Source: an uncultured virus (IMG/VR IMGVR_UViG_3300046839_000025)
Taxonomy: Duplodnaviria; Heunggongvirae; Uroviricota; Caudoviricetes
DNA: 64,000 nt
Strand: one strand, 5' to 3'
Virus record (IMG/VR): IMGVR_UViG_3300046839_000025
The translations under genes were made by a program, and so were the position numbers. How positions within the stretch are numbered: position 1 is the stretch's first letter; each line of letters begins with the position of its first letter. The notes under the pieces are model-generated. The model had not been told where the DNA came from. It was given only the letters and a program-made list of their open reading frames with translations, and did no database searches. This document shows, piece after piece, positions 39,391-48,858 of the stretch.

Positions 39391-39916
39391 TAAACAGAAG
39401 GTTATTCGAAAATGTAAGGCTTTACTACTGGTATAGACAGAGTGTACAAGAACCTTTCAACGATAGCCATACTTTTTAACGATAGCAGATGGGGGTGTCG
39501 CTTTTGACCACAGCAAGCACAGCAGTATATAACTTCAGGGGCAGAACCGCGTTCCCGCACTCTGCCCGGAAGTCGAGAAAAGCCCAGAAACAGCGCAGTT
39601 TCCGGGCTAAAAGTACATACGGGTACGGGCATTGTATCAAAGATGAGGTCTTGATCGAGCGATAAAATGTCTGAGGTTATTTTATGATTGCAAAAAAACT
39701 ATAGGGCCGAGACGTCATCTCCCATCAATCAAGTGCGCCTATATAGGGTGGAGACGTCTCGGGATCTGTGATAGATTAACTTTGATTACAAGCGAAACTC
39801 CGGCTCTTTGACCACTTCCCGAAGTCGAAGCAACGTGTACAAAAGCACCTATTTTTGCCTTGACCGTTTCCCTTTGACGGGAGGAAAATGGCGATATTTA
39901 TACGCTAAGCTCGTCG

Positions 39917-39955
39917 CATGTTGAGTGCATAGCATTGATGTCACGAGTAAAGTAA
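39917..39955 (+). other. rlmD/rumA 3'-end remnant (HVECIALMSRVK*), putative att junction
   Basis: catgttgagtgcatagcattgatgtcacgagtaaagtaa with no upstream ORF; followed by a cccgcca...tggcggg hairpin. Confidence 0.6.
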
Positions 39956-40210
39956 CAAAGGCCAGGAATGGCTTGAAATCAAAGGCTCCCGCCATTGTGC
40001 ACATGTGGCATGGTGGCGGGAATTTCTGTAAACATCTGAAACAAAATATAAGCGGAGTATTGTTATAGTAAAATAATAACAACACTAATCCGTACATAGT
40101 AAATGAAGATGACGTCGGGTCGTGTGTTTATGATGAATGTCAGGCGGGTCGGGTTCTGTGACTGGATGTAGTGCTCAGGATGGATGTGAAAAGAAAATCA
40201 GAATATTGCA

Positions 40211-40239
40211 TTGACGTCTATACATAATAAGATTATACT
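40211..40239 (+). promoter_or_regulatory. sigmaA promoter TTGACG-17-TATACT
   Basis: Near-consensus, upstream of 40282. Confidence 0.65.
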
Positions 40240-40281
40240 AAATACATCATTCTAATGCATTGTTTGAATAGGAGGGAAGTT

Positions 40282-41268
40282 ATGAAGGCAATAAAAAAAT
40301 CATTGTTGATCACATTGGTAGTTGCTATAGTCGCAACATTCAGTGTTTCGACGACCAGCTTTGCTGCTACAAAGCTTAAGCTCAATTGTACAAAAGCTAC
40401 GATTGGCGTAGATAATGTTATCACACTCAGTGTCAATGCGAAAAAGGCCAAATGGAAAAGCGGTAATACGAAGATAGCAGATGTCAGTAAGAACGGTGTT
40501 GTGACTGGAGTGAAATCGGGAAAAGTCACGGTTACCGCAAAAGCAAATGGTAAGACCGCAAAATGCAGAATTACTGTGAAGAACTATTTGACGGATAGTC
40601 AGGCTGCACAACTTATTGCTTCAGGTGTTTTGACGGAAAACTCTGTGAAACAGATTATTAAAGATAACAGCCTTACCACAGAAGAAGTGATTAAGTTGAT
40701 AAAACAGAATTCGAACAATACAACTACAATTGTTTCTGGAGGAGGATTATCACAATCCGAAGTACAGGCAATGATTAATGATGCAATGGGTAATAACTGG
40801 ACTGACGGAACAGAACTTACCTTCTATAATTCTGAACAGATGCCAGTAACTGTTTATGGCGAGAATGTAGAAGATTTTACTCTTGAAACAGATCCATCGG
40901 ATAGCCATATAGAGATAACGTCTGTAAAGATAACAAAATATCGTGACACATCTGTTATTCTTGGACATAAACAAAAGTATAGGTATCATGTAGAGATTAG
41001 TGGCGTCAACTACCCGAATTCGAAAGGTGAACAGCTTCGTAGATGTAGTATCACGTATATGCGTAGTGATGGGGCAGGAACTGATGAACGCGAGTATCCT
41101 CTGACTGATAAAGAAATAGAATCGGATAATAGCAATCTCCTAAGGTCAAACTCAAACTTAAGAAATTGCCAGATCACACGAGATGGTAATAATTTTACCT
41201 TCTCATGTGACCAGTATAATATGTGGTCAGATTACGATGAGTTCTTGATGCAGAATTATGGTTATTAA
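40282..41268 (+). CDS. Secreted Ig-like (Big_2) domain protein
   Basis: Signal peptide MKAIKK...SFA; WKSGNTKIADVSKNGVVTGVKSGKVTVTA. Confidence 0.8.
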   Translation: MKAIKKSLLITLVVAIVATFSVSTTSFAATKLKLNCTKATIGVDNVITLSVNAKKAKWKSGNTKIADVSKNGVVTGVKSGKVTVTAKANGKTAKCRITVKNYLTDSQAAQLIASGVLTENSVKQIIKDNSLTTEEVIKLIKQNSNNTTTIVSGGGLSQSEVQAMINDAMGNNWTDGTELTFYNSEQMPVTVYGENVEDFTLETDPSDSHIEITSVKITKYRDTSVILGHKQKYRYHVEISGVNYPNSKGEQLRRCSITYMRSDGAGTDEREYPLTDKEIESDNSNLLRSNSNLRNCQITRDGNNFTFSCDQYNMWSDYDEFLMQNYGY

Positions 41269-41296
41269 CTTTGACAGGGGTGCTGACTAAATAACA

Positions 41297-41341
41297 GGAC
41301 GGATTCCAGAACTATTTCTTCAGTTCTGGGATCCGTTTTTC
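41297..41341. terminator. Terminator between convergent genes
   Basis: ggacggattccagaact-loop-agttctgggatccgttttt. Confidence 0.7.
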
Positions 41342-41361
41342 CGTGGGGCAGGTGCTTTTCC

Positions 41362-42930
41362 TTATTTTTCAATCTCCACGCTCACGCCGGATTTGAATTC
41401 AACGGTGAAGCGAGATGGGTATACGGTGATTTTCTGAATCAGTCTGCGCACGAGCTTTTCGTCAAACTCGGTAATTTCTGCGCTCTGCTTCCCGATGAAA
41501 TCCTGCAGCTCGGAAATTCTATCTAAAGCTTCTCTCTGTTTGCAGCTGTCCGCTTCGGCCTGTTTCTTTTGCTCTCTGAGCCGGAAGATCTCGTCGGCTA
41601 TTGCATTGTAGTCCTGTTTGCTGTTTGCTTTTTGGATAAGCTCTTTCTGAAGCTCATTGAGCCGATCCTGGATGCCATCCGGGGAGAGGGTATCGGCTTT
41701 CGAAACAGCCCTTGCGATGTTTTCCTGAAGCTGCTGAATAAAGGAAGATTTATCGGTAAGGATCTGGTTGATCGCGTCAAGCGTGATTTCTTTCAGCAGT
41801 TCTTCTTTGACGGTCCGGTTGGTGCAGTTGATCTCTGCAGATGATGGCTCCAGCCGGCTGATGCAGCGCCAGACGATGGACTTCTTTCCGTGGTTATTCC
41901 AGTGGACGCGCCGGTAAAGGTCACCGCATTCACTGCAGAAAACAATCTGGGAAAAGCAGCAGCTGCTGGAAAAATTACGCTTTTTCCCAGAAGGGCTTTT
42001 ATGAACGTTGCGGCGGCGGACAATCTCAGCCTGGACCTGCATGAAAATGTCTTTTGGGATAATTGCCGGATGGTCGCCCTCCACGTAATACTGAGGAACA
42101 GAGCCGTCGTTTTTGATTCGTTTCTTGGTAAGAAAGTCGACGGTTACCGTTTTCTGAAGAAGTGCATCGCCAAAGTATTTCTCGTTTCGCAGGATCTTGT
42201 TGATGGAGGAGATCCACCATTTCGTTTTGCCTGCACCGGTGAGGATCCCGTCTTCTTCTAATCCTTTTGCGATCTGTCCCATTGAGTAGCCATCTAGGTA
42301 TTCCCGGTAGATGCGCTTTACGACTTCGGCTTCCTTTGGGACAATGACAAGCTTTCCATCCGCGTCTTTGGTATAGCCGAGAAAGCGGGTGTGATTGACC
42401 TGCACTTTTCCCTGCTGGTAGCGGTACTGCAGTCCAAGCTTAACATTCTGGGAAAGGCTCTGAGATTCCTGCTGAGCAAGGCTGGCCATGATGGTAATCA
42501 GGACTTCACCTTTGGCGTCCATGGTATTGATGGATTCTTTTTCAAACCAGACCGCGATGTTCTTTTCTTTGAGTTTTCGAATGTACTTCAGGCAGTCCAG
42601 AGTGTTCCTTGCAAATCTGGATATCGATTTGGTGATGACCATATCGATGTTTCCGGTCATGCATTCTTCAATCATCCGGTTGAATTCTTCTCTCTTCTTG
42701 GTGTTGGTGCCTGAGATTCCGTCGTCCGCGAAGATCCCGGCAAGCTGCCAGTCCTCGTGGCTTTTGATGTAATCGGTGTAGTGGGAGACCTGGGTTTCAT
42801 AGCTGGTTTCCTGTTCATCTGTATCTGTAGAGACGCGGCAGTAGGCAGCTACGCGCAGCTTTGGCTTTTCAGATTTCTTAACGCTGTTTCCGACCTGTCT
42901 TCTGGCGGGGATAATGGTTACGTTTGACAA
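41362..42930 (-). CDS. Large serine recombinase
   Basis: [24 protein letters not shown], recombinase domain and Zn ribbon (CSECG..WRC). Confidence 0.95.
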   Translation of the reverse strand: MSNVTIIPARRQVGNSVKKSEKPKLRVAAYCRVSTDTDEQETSYETQVSHYTDYIKSHEDWQLAGIFADDGISGTNTKKREEFNRMIEECMTGNIDMVITKSISRFARNTLDCLKYIRKLKEKNIAVWFEKESINTMDAKGEVLITIMASLAQQESQSLSQNVKLGLQYRYQQGKVQVNHTRFLGYTKDADGKLVIVPKEAEVVKRIYREYLDGYSMGQIAKGLEEDGILTGAGKTKWWISSINKILRNEKYFGDALLQKTVTVDFLTKKRIKNDGSVPQYYVEGDHPAIIPKDIFMQVQAEIVRRRNVHKSPSGKKRNFSSSCCFSQIVFCSECGDLYRRVHWNNHGKKSIVWRCISRLEPSSAEINCTNRTVKEELLKEITLDAINQILTDKSSFIQQLQENIARAVSKADTLSPDGIQDRLNELQKELIQKANSKQDYNAIADEIFRLREQKKQAEADSCKQREALDRISELQDFIGKQSAEITEFDEKLVRRLIQKITVYPSRFTVEFKSGVSVEIEK

Positions 42931-42933
42931 TTT

Positions 42934-43338
42934 CTACACCTCGCTTTCAATCAGGCTGTATAAAAACTCGGCTTGCTGTTTCGGATCTTCAAAGGACCGA
43001 TTCGCTGGGAGCCGGTGAAAACGTGTCGGAGGGATGCGCTCTGGCTTTTCCTTGCTTTTTCCTTTTGTCCGACCTAGCTTATGAGCTCTCCGCATGCGTT
43101 CTTCCGCGGCAAGGTCAAAAGTGCACCTATCGATGATGGGAGGGTAGAAATCATCTCCCAGGTAATGCCGGTTCTCAAGGATCCGGCTGACGGATCCGTG
43201 CCGGGCATTGATTCCGGCCTCTTTGGCCGCTCTGGAGAGAGTCATGCCGGAGAGGTAGTTTTGGTAAAGCGTCCTGATTTTCCCGGCTGCAATTTGATCG
43301 ATCACAGCAGCTCCGTTTTTTATTTCATATCCGTACAT
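42934..43338 (-). CDS. Small recombinase-domain accessory protein
   Basis: YGYEIKNG, ILENRHYLGDDFYPPII, QQAEFLYSLIESE. Confidence 0.8.
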   Translation of the reverse strand: MYGYEIKNGAAVIDQIAAGKIRTLYQNYLSGMTLSRAAKEAGINARHGSVSRILENRHYLGDDFYPPIIDRCTFDLAAEERMRRAHKLGRTKGKSKEKPERIPPTRFHRLPANRSFEDPKQQAEFLYSLIESEV

Positions 43339-43340
43339 AT

Positions 43341-44912
43341 TCAAATCCTTTCCGTTAAATCGAGTCCGCATTTTAGTTCGAACGTAAGTTCATTTCTAGA
43401 CTTTACTATGATTTTGCTTACAAACTTTTCAAAAAGCTCTTCGTCGAAATCATCCAGCATGACACCTTTTTCGGTGAAGCGCAGGAGCGCAAAGGCAGAG
43501 GATGCTATAGCGGCTTTACTGCTTGCCGAATGGGAAAGCGTTTCTTTTTCCTTCCGGAGCGCTCCAGCTTCCTTTCTAAGGGCATTTGTTTCCTTTAGGC
43601 AGATCGCCTGACTGATGATGCCATCTGCCAATAGTTTTGTCAGGGTTTCCCGCTTTTCTGTGTTTTGCGCAAGATCGGTTTCGATCTGCTGGATTCTTCG
43701 GAGAGCGTCGTCTCTAGAGGAACTTCGGAGCGCCGCCGCATAAGGGCGGAGAATGGTTCTCCTGGAGAAAACGAGTTTGTTCAGCATCGTGACAAAGGCG
43801 TATTGAATCGCATCGTCCCGGATAAACTTCATGCTGCATTGCTTTTTATCTGTGATGTGAGTCTGGCAGCTCCAGACCGCGTAACGGTTTAGACTGCTGG
43901 AGCAGATCCTTCTTCGAAACACGCTGCCGCACTCTCCGCAGATAATTTTTCCGGAAAAAGGGTAGCGCTTCTGGTATTTACGGCCTTGCCTTTGGATTCC
44001 TTTTTCTTCTGCATGCTGCTGAATCAGTCTTTGCGCAGCATCAAACTCTTCATGGCTGATGATCGCCTCGTGGTGGTTATGGCAGAGGTACATCGTCTGT
44101 TCTCCATGATTGTGGTGCCGGTTAAACTGCGAATCGGTCCAGGTCTTTTGAAACAGGCAGTCACCGGTGTATTTTTCATTTGTGAGCATTCCTCTAATGG
44201 TACTTTCCGACCATTTGCCGCCACGTCTACTTGGGATCTTCTTTTCATTCAGATCCTTTGCGATGGCGGTCATTCCTTTCCCTGAAAGAAGAGAAGTGAA
44301 GATCCCTTTTACAATTTCCGCCTGTGCAGGATTCACAGACATCTTTCCATCTTTCCAGTCGTAGCCGTAGGGCACGCTGCCTGCCTTAAAGGTGCCGCTT
44401 TCAAACCGCTTTTGAATGGACCATTTGCTGTTCTGAGAAATGGATGAGGACTCATCCTGGGCCATACTCGAGAGAAGGGAAAGAAGCAGCTCGCTTTCCA
44501 TAGTTCCGGTGTCGATGTTTTCTTTTTCAAACCAGATCGGAATATGCAGAGACAAAAGTTCACGTACAAGCTGAAGACAGTCTGCCGTATTCCTTGAGAA
44601 ACGGCTGATTGACTTGGTGATCACGAAGTCGATTTTTCCTTTTCTGCAGTCTTGCATTAAACGCATCAATTCCGGGCGCTTGTCTTTCTTTGTCCCGCTG
44701 ATGCCTTCGTCAAAGTAAAGCCCTGCAAACACAAGATCAGGTCTTGCTGCGATGTAGCTTTCGTAGTGTTGTTTCTGGGTTTCTAAGCTTTCCAGCTGCG
44801 CGTCCATATCGGTGGATACGCGGCAGTAGGCTGCCGTCCGAAGTTTCTCTGGCTTTGCTCTTGTTTCTTCTATTTTCGTTACTTTCTTCAATGCTTTTTC
44901 CTCCTTTTTCAT
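43341..44912 (-). CDS. Large serine recombinase
   Basis: [36 protein letters not shown]. Confidence 0.95.
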   Translation of the reverse strand: MKKEEKALKKVTKIEETRAKPEKLRTAAYCRVSTDMDAQLESLETQKQHYESYIAARPDLVFAGLYFDEGISGTKKDKRPELMRLMQDCRKGKIDFVITKSISRFSRNTADCLQLVRELLSLHIPIWFEKENIDTGTMESELLLSLLSSMAQDESSSISQNSKWSIQKRFESGTFKAGSVPYGYDWKDGKMSVNPAQAEIVKGIFTSLLSGKGMTAIAKDLNEKKIPSRRGGKWSESTIRGMLTNEKYTGDCLFQKTWTDSQFNRHHNHGEQTMYLCHNHHEAIISHEEFDAAQRLIQQHAEEKGIQRQGRKYQKRYPFSGKIICGECGSVFRRRICSSSLNRYAVWSCQTHITDKKQCSMKFIRDDAIQYAFVTMLNKLVFSRRTILRPYAAALRSSSRDDALRRIQQIETDLAQNTEKRETLTKLLADGIISQAICLKETNALRKEAGALRKEKETLSHSASSKAAIASSAFALLRFTEKGVMLDDFDEELFEKFVSKIIVKSRNELTFELKCGLDLTERI

Positions 44913-44942
44913 GTCTATTCATCACTCTAAGTAAGGAATCTA

Positions 44943-45128
44943 TCAAGAGTTTTCTGGATCGATTTCCGAGAAAAGAGGAGGAAAGGTCTTAAAGTTGATG
45001 TCCGAGAGCCGGTTGAATTCTTCCTTGCTGATCAAGCCGGAATCAAGAAGAAGCTCTGCAATTTTCTGCGCCCTCCGGGAATCTAGTTCTGCCTGCAGTT
45101 TTTCTTTCGTATAGTATGTGTTGTTCAT
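44943..45128 (-). CDS. SHOCT-like small protein
   Basis: LLDSGLISKEEFNRL; AGGAGG RBS; precedes the recombinases. Confidence 0.75.
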   Translation of the reverse strand: MNNTYYTKEKLQAELDSRRAQKIAELLLDSGLISKEEFNRLSDINFKTFPPLFSEIDPENS

Positions 45129-45151
45129 TTTGGAAAGCCTCCTTACAGGTC

Positions 45152-45200
45152 TTCCGTCAAAAGAAAATCAGAAGTCCGTACTCTGGACTTCCGATTTCTT
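45152..45200 (-). promoter_or_regulatory. GTACGGA...TTTGACGGA motif copy 2, overlapping the polA terminator hairpin
   Basis: aagaaaatcagaagtcc/ggacttccgatttctt stem overlaps the motif. Confidence 0.55.
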
Positions 45201-48082
45201 TAGTCTTTTTTGTAGAACGAACATTCGTACCCATCAGCCCGAAGAAGAAGCCCTGGCGCCCAGGGAGGCGTTCGTCCCATGAGATCACAGATCTCCTGAA
45301 GCTCGGTCTCAAGAGGGCACTCGATAATCAGCTCATCGTGGACGTGGGCGACAATAGAGCAGTCTGAGAGATTGTGCATGGCATAGCAGAGGATGTCTCT
45401 TGCGATGGCCTGGATGATGTTCTCCACGAACTTTGGCCCGTAGGACTCAATCCGCTCCCACTTTTTCGAAGGGCCTATTCCCATGTAAGTAACCGATTCC
45501 TCTCCGAAGCGGTTTTCTCCAATCTGGGGCTTTACGTAAGACAGTCTCCGGCCAGATGGCAGGGTGATAAACAGCATCTGGCTTTGGCATTTGATCGTCA
45601 GGCCATGCGTTTTCGTGACTATCTTCTTCTTTACCGCTGTTTTTACCGCCCGGTCCACATCCCACCAGAGCCGCACGATGTGGGGATTGGCTTTTCTCCA
45701 CATGTCGACGATGGGTTTAAGCTCAGATTCCTTAAGGCCCATCTCGAGAGCGCCCATAGCCTTTAGAGCTCCTACAGAACCTCCGTATCCGCAGTTATGA
45801 ACTAATTTCCCCGATACGGTAAAACGGTGATATTCTCCGGCATTTCGTATGTCATAAACTCTAACCTTGCCTCGATGAGCCGCCAATTTTTTCTCTTTTC
45901 TTTGACAGCCTGCTCTGCACTTTCTATAATCCCCGTACGGTCCATTCCCTGGCTTAGCTTCTTGATTACAACACTTCTGGCATAAGGCCAATATTTCTGA
46001 TGGAATTCGCTTAAGACGGTATTCCTTCGATTTGCCTGGTTCTGCCTGCGAGTTGCGAAGCGGATGTTTCCAGGGGCATAATTTCCATTGTTGTTGATCC
46101 GGTCGATTTCCATTTCCCGGCTTGGAAGACCGAAAGTACGAATGAGATAAAGCCCGGCTTCGGTTACTGATGGAAATTCGAACTTTATGCCTCGTCCTCC
46201 ATAGTTTGGATAGTTGCGGTCCTTTGGATTTGTGCATCGTTGTTTTGCAGCGGTAAGACGTCTGTCCAGCCATACCGGGATTTTCCTCGGTTGGGAGCAA
46301 TGCTGACAGCCCCTGGATTTTCTTCTTCTTAGACTTCCAAGGTCTGTCCATTGGATTCTTCCGCAGCCGGTGCATTGGGTTAGAACATAACACCGGTTCC
46401 AACTCTCGCTCCAGCGCTTTTGGGGACTGATAATCTTCACCCAGCCGTACTGCCTGCCTACTATCTCCTGCCTGTATGAGATGTGCGCCGCTTCTGGCGG
46501 CTTCTTCAAAGTGTACTGGCTGACATTTCCCTTCGATGAAAACGAGGTGATCTGGTGTTGCGGTAAGTCCTTCATAAGTGATTACCTCCTTTCTTCCTCT
46601 GTAGACTACTCCGTCATGCTTTACCCAGGACTTCCCGTCCCAGAGAAGATCACTCCTTGTTACAGATTCTATCGGCTTTAAGCCGTGGTTTGTAAGTACA
46701 GGCTGGCCTTCCGCGATGCAGGCGAGCACTGCGATTTTCCCTTTCTGGCGGAGCTCCCCGTTGATGCCGTGCTTGACCACGGGAACGCCAAACATGGCAG
46801 AAGCCGTGGAGCAGTAGATATCTTCACCCTTCGCAAAAGCATCCATCGTGTGGGTTTCTCCCGCCAGCCAGGCGAGAACTCTAGCTTCAATGGAGGAGAA
46901 GTCGGAAACGATGAACTTGCATCCCTCCCGCGGGATAAAGGCGGTCCGGATCAGCTGGCTTAAGGTATCCGGGATGTCATCATAAAGTAACTGAAGAGCT
47001 TCATAGTCACTAGATTTTACCAGAGCTCTTGCTTCTCCTAAATCCGGCATGGTATTTCTTGGAAGGTTCTGAAGCTGAATCAGGCGCCCTGAGAATCTTC
47101 CGCTTCGGTTGGCGCCGTAGAACTGAAACATCCCTCTGGCCCGTCCATCCTTACAGGCTGCGTTTTCCATTGCCTGGTATTTGCGCACAGAGGATTTCGC
47201 TAATTTCTGGCGTAGCTTCAGGACTTCCTGAATGCTGGGCGGCGCTGTTTTAATCAGTTCTGCAACCGCTTTCTTTCCAAGGGTCTCTGTTTCGATGCCG
47301 CGCTCCTTCAGCCAGCTTTTCATTTGCATCACGCTGTTTGGATTTTCCAAGCCGGTCAGGTCCCTTAGTTTATCTGTCAGTTGCTGTTTGGACTGTTCAT
47401 CAATTGTAATGGCGGACCGAACAAGCGTCTTATCAATCCTAATTCCTCTGTCGTTGATCTTCTGATCGAGCTTGTATTCTTCCCAGACGAAATCCGGGAC
47501 AGGGTAGTGGGAGAGTTTCCTTTGGATAGACATTTCGACCTCCACATCCCGCTTGTTGTAGAATTTAAAGAGATTCCACTTTTCTATTGCGTCAGATGGG
47601 AGGTTCCGCGTTTTACCTCCGTTTGCCTTCGTTGGCCTGCAGGGGATGCAGAAATAGCGGATTAAGTTTTTACCCTCTGTCAGCTTCTGCTCCTTAAGGC
47701 CAAGAGCCTCACCAGATTCTTTTAGAGATAACGGAAGCCCAAGGTAGGCAGACCAGATCATGGAGCAGCGCCAGTTCTTAGGACTTAGATACTTTGCAGA
47801 GAGCCGCTCGGGATAGCAGCGGTGAAGATACGTAGACAAGCAGACGCGTTCAAAGTTAGCGTTAAAGGCCCATTTAGAAATTTCATCGTCTGTCAGGGCG
47901 TCTAAGATGCCTCTTGGAAGCCTTTCTTTTGCCGCAAGGTCTACAACCTGAACCGGGCCATCGTCCAGCGCGTAACCAAAGAGCAGAATCTCAAAATCAG
48001 GAGCCTCTGCATATCGGTACACGCCGGATTTGTTCAGGTTGATGCTGGAATAGGTTTCAATATCGATGTGAAGTGTTTTCAT
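45200..48082 (-). CDS. polA: Phage family A DNA polymerase containing an intein (651 aa after splicing)
   Basis: HIDIETYS exonuclease, QLQNLP, SDFSSIEAR motif A, KGKIAVLA|CGYGG motif B, HVHDE motif C. Confidence 0.93.
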   Translation of the reverse strand: MKTLHIDIETYSSINLNKSGVYRYAEAPDFEILLFGYALDDGPVQVVDLAAKERLPRGILDALTDDEISKWAFNANFERVCLSTYLHRCYPERLSAKYLSPKNWRCSMIWSAYLGLPLSLKESGEALGLKEQKLTEGKNLIRYFCIPCRPTKANGGKTRNLPSDAIEKWNLFKFYNKRDVEVEMSIQRKLSHYPVPDFVWEEYKLDQKINDRGIRIDKTLVRSAITIDEQSKQQLTDKLRDLTGLENPNSVMQMKSWLKERGIETETLGKKAVAELIKTAPPSIQEVLKLRQKLAKSSVRKYQAMENAACKDGRARGMFQFYGANRSGRFSGRLIQLQNLPRNTMPDLGEARALVKSSDYEALQLLYDDIPDTLSQLIRTAFIPREGCKFIVSDFSSIEARVLAWLAGETHTMDAFAKGEDIYCSTASAMFGVPVVKHGINGELRQKGKIAVLACIAEGQPVLTNHGLKPIESVTRSDLLWDGKSWVKHDGVVYRGRKEVITYEGLTATPDHLVFIEGKCQPVHFEEAARSGAHLIQAGDSRQAVRLGEDYQSPKALERELEPVLCSNPMHRLRKNPMDRPWKSKKKKIQGLSALLPTEENPGMAGQTSYRCKTTMHKSKGPQLSKLWRTRHKVRISISNRSRALSHSYFRSSKPGNGNRPDQQQWKLCPWKHPLRNSQAEPGKSKEYRLKRIPSEILALCQKCCNQEAKPGNGPYGDYRKCRAGCQRKEKKLAAHRGKVRVYDIRNAGEYHRFTVSGKLVHNCGYGGSVGALKAMGALEMGLKESELKPIVDMWRKANPHIVRLWWDVDRAVKTAVKKKIVTKTHGLTIKCQSQMLFITLPSGRRLSYVKPQIGENRFGEESVTYMGIGPSKKWERIESYGPKFVENIIQAIARDILCYAMHNLSDCSIVAHVHDELIIECPLETELQEICDLMGRTPPWAPGLLLRADGYECSFYKKD
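45794..46720 (-). mobile_element. Intein, 309 aa (C1...HN/C+1)
   Basis: Block A CIAEGQPV, block B TATPDH, block F VYDI, block G LVHN followed by Cys; removal restores motif B. Confidence 0.92.
45802..46575 (-). CDS. HNH-type homing endonuclease nested in the +1 frame of the intein
   Basis: AGGAGGT 8 nt before ATG; CTGCG..GCQHC, KQRCTNP..NYGGRGI, EIDRINNNGNYAPGNIRFAT..NQANRR. Confidence 0.85.
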   Translation of the reverse strand: MKDLPQHQITSFSSKGNVSQYTLKKPPEAAHISYRQEIVGRQYGWVKIISPQKRWSESWNRCYVLTQCTGCGRIQWTDLGSLRRRKSRGCQHCSQPRKIPVWLDRRLTAAKQRCTNPKDRNYPNYGGRGIKFEFPSVTEAGLYLIRTFGLPSREMEIDRINNNGNYAPGNIRFATRRQNQANRRNTVLSEFHQKYWPYARSVVIKKLSQGMDRTGIIESAEQAVKEKRKNWRLIEARLEFMTYEMPENITVLPYRGN

Positions 48083-48138
48083 GTTTTCTCACCTCAGGGT
48101 AAAAGGCGGCAAGAATATCTCACCGCCCACAAGTAGTC

Positions 48139-48300
48139 TTATGCGTCACGTTCTTTCTGCCGAAGCGCTCTTCTTGCTTCCTTTCTTTTGTCCTCCCGGA
48201 TAGAGTCAAGCAGAAGCTTTATTCCAAGACACGCCCAGGAGAGAAGAAGGAGGCTGAAGCTAAAAACAAGCATCAGGCAGAGAAATGAGGATAGATTCAT
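48139..48300 (-). CDS. Small membrane protein (53 aa, not in ORF track)
   Basis: AGGAGG RBS; hydrophobic N-half then basic tail. Confidence 0.55.
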   Translation of the reverse strand: MNLSSFLCLMLVFSFSLLLLSWACLGIKLLLDSIREDKRKEARRALRQKERDA

Positions 48301-48312
48301 TGCAAGCCTCCT

Positions 48313-48858
48313 TTACGCCAGAAAATCATCTTCCGAACTTTCCAGGGCAGTGAAGTCATCAGCCGCGTTGCTATGACCGCCAAGGGGCTCGCCGTCACGG
48401 ACTTTCTGGATATTTCCAAGCCCGCAGGCCACGCCCTTGTTTCCGTTGGTGTTAAAGGCGTAGAAGTTGATGGAGACTCTGGCGTAAACGCCGCTGTAGA
48501 CTTCGGAGCGGTCCAGGATCGGCTGAACTCTACCGTCTACGATCTGAGGCGGCGTCATGCTGTTGGCATTGATAAAATAGCATCCCGCGTATGCCGGATC
48601 ATCCTTTTCCGTGTCGCCATCCCGAAGAGGAAGCTTCAGCGCTGCCTTATTTGGCTTTTTTCCTCCGAACTTCCCGATGCCTTCTTCAATCGCGGCATCG
48701 ACTGCCTTGTTGATTTTCTCGATGGTTTCCTTATCTTCTTTAGAGATGATCAGGGATGTGCTGTATTTTTCCTTTCCTCCGTTGATGGATTTTGGCTCCC
48801 ACACGTTGGCGTAGGAGAGTCTTACGGTACCGGTTACGACTTTTGTTCTGTTCTTCAT
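48313..48858 (-). CDS. DUF2815 family ssDNA-binding protein
   Basis: VRLSYANVWEP, LPLRDGD, GVACGLGNIQK, acidic tail DDFLA. Confidence 0.9.
   Translation of the reverse strand: MKNRTKVVTGTVRLSYANVWEPKSINGGKEKYSTSLIISKEDKETIEKINKAVDAAIEEGIGKFGGKKPNKAALKLPLRDGDTEKDDPAYAGCYFINANSMTPPQIVDGRVQPILDRSEVYSGVYARVSINFYAFNTNGNKGVACGLGNIQKVRDGEPLGGHSNAADDFTALESSEDDFLA

Larger units (their letters stand above)
1..39916 (-). mobile_element. Prophage-like element A (left part outside window): tail/head/packaging/replication modules plus terminal defence cargo
   Basis: Contiguous - strand siphovirus gene order; right boundary inferred from the rlmD-like remnant at 39917. Confidence 0.7.

Noticed and set aside
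45794..46720. Group I intron interrupting polA
   Set aside because: The polA frame stays open throughout and has protein-splicing blocks at both ends, so an intein explains it better
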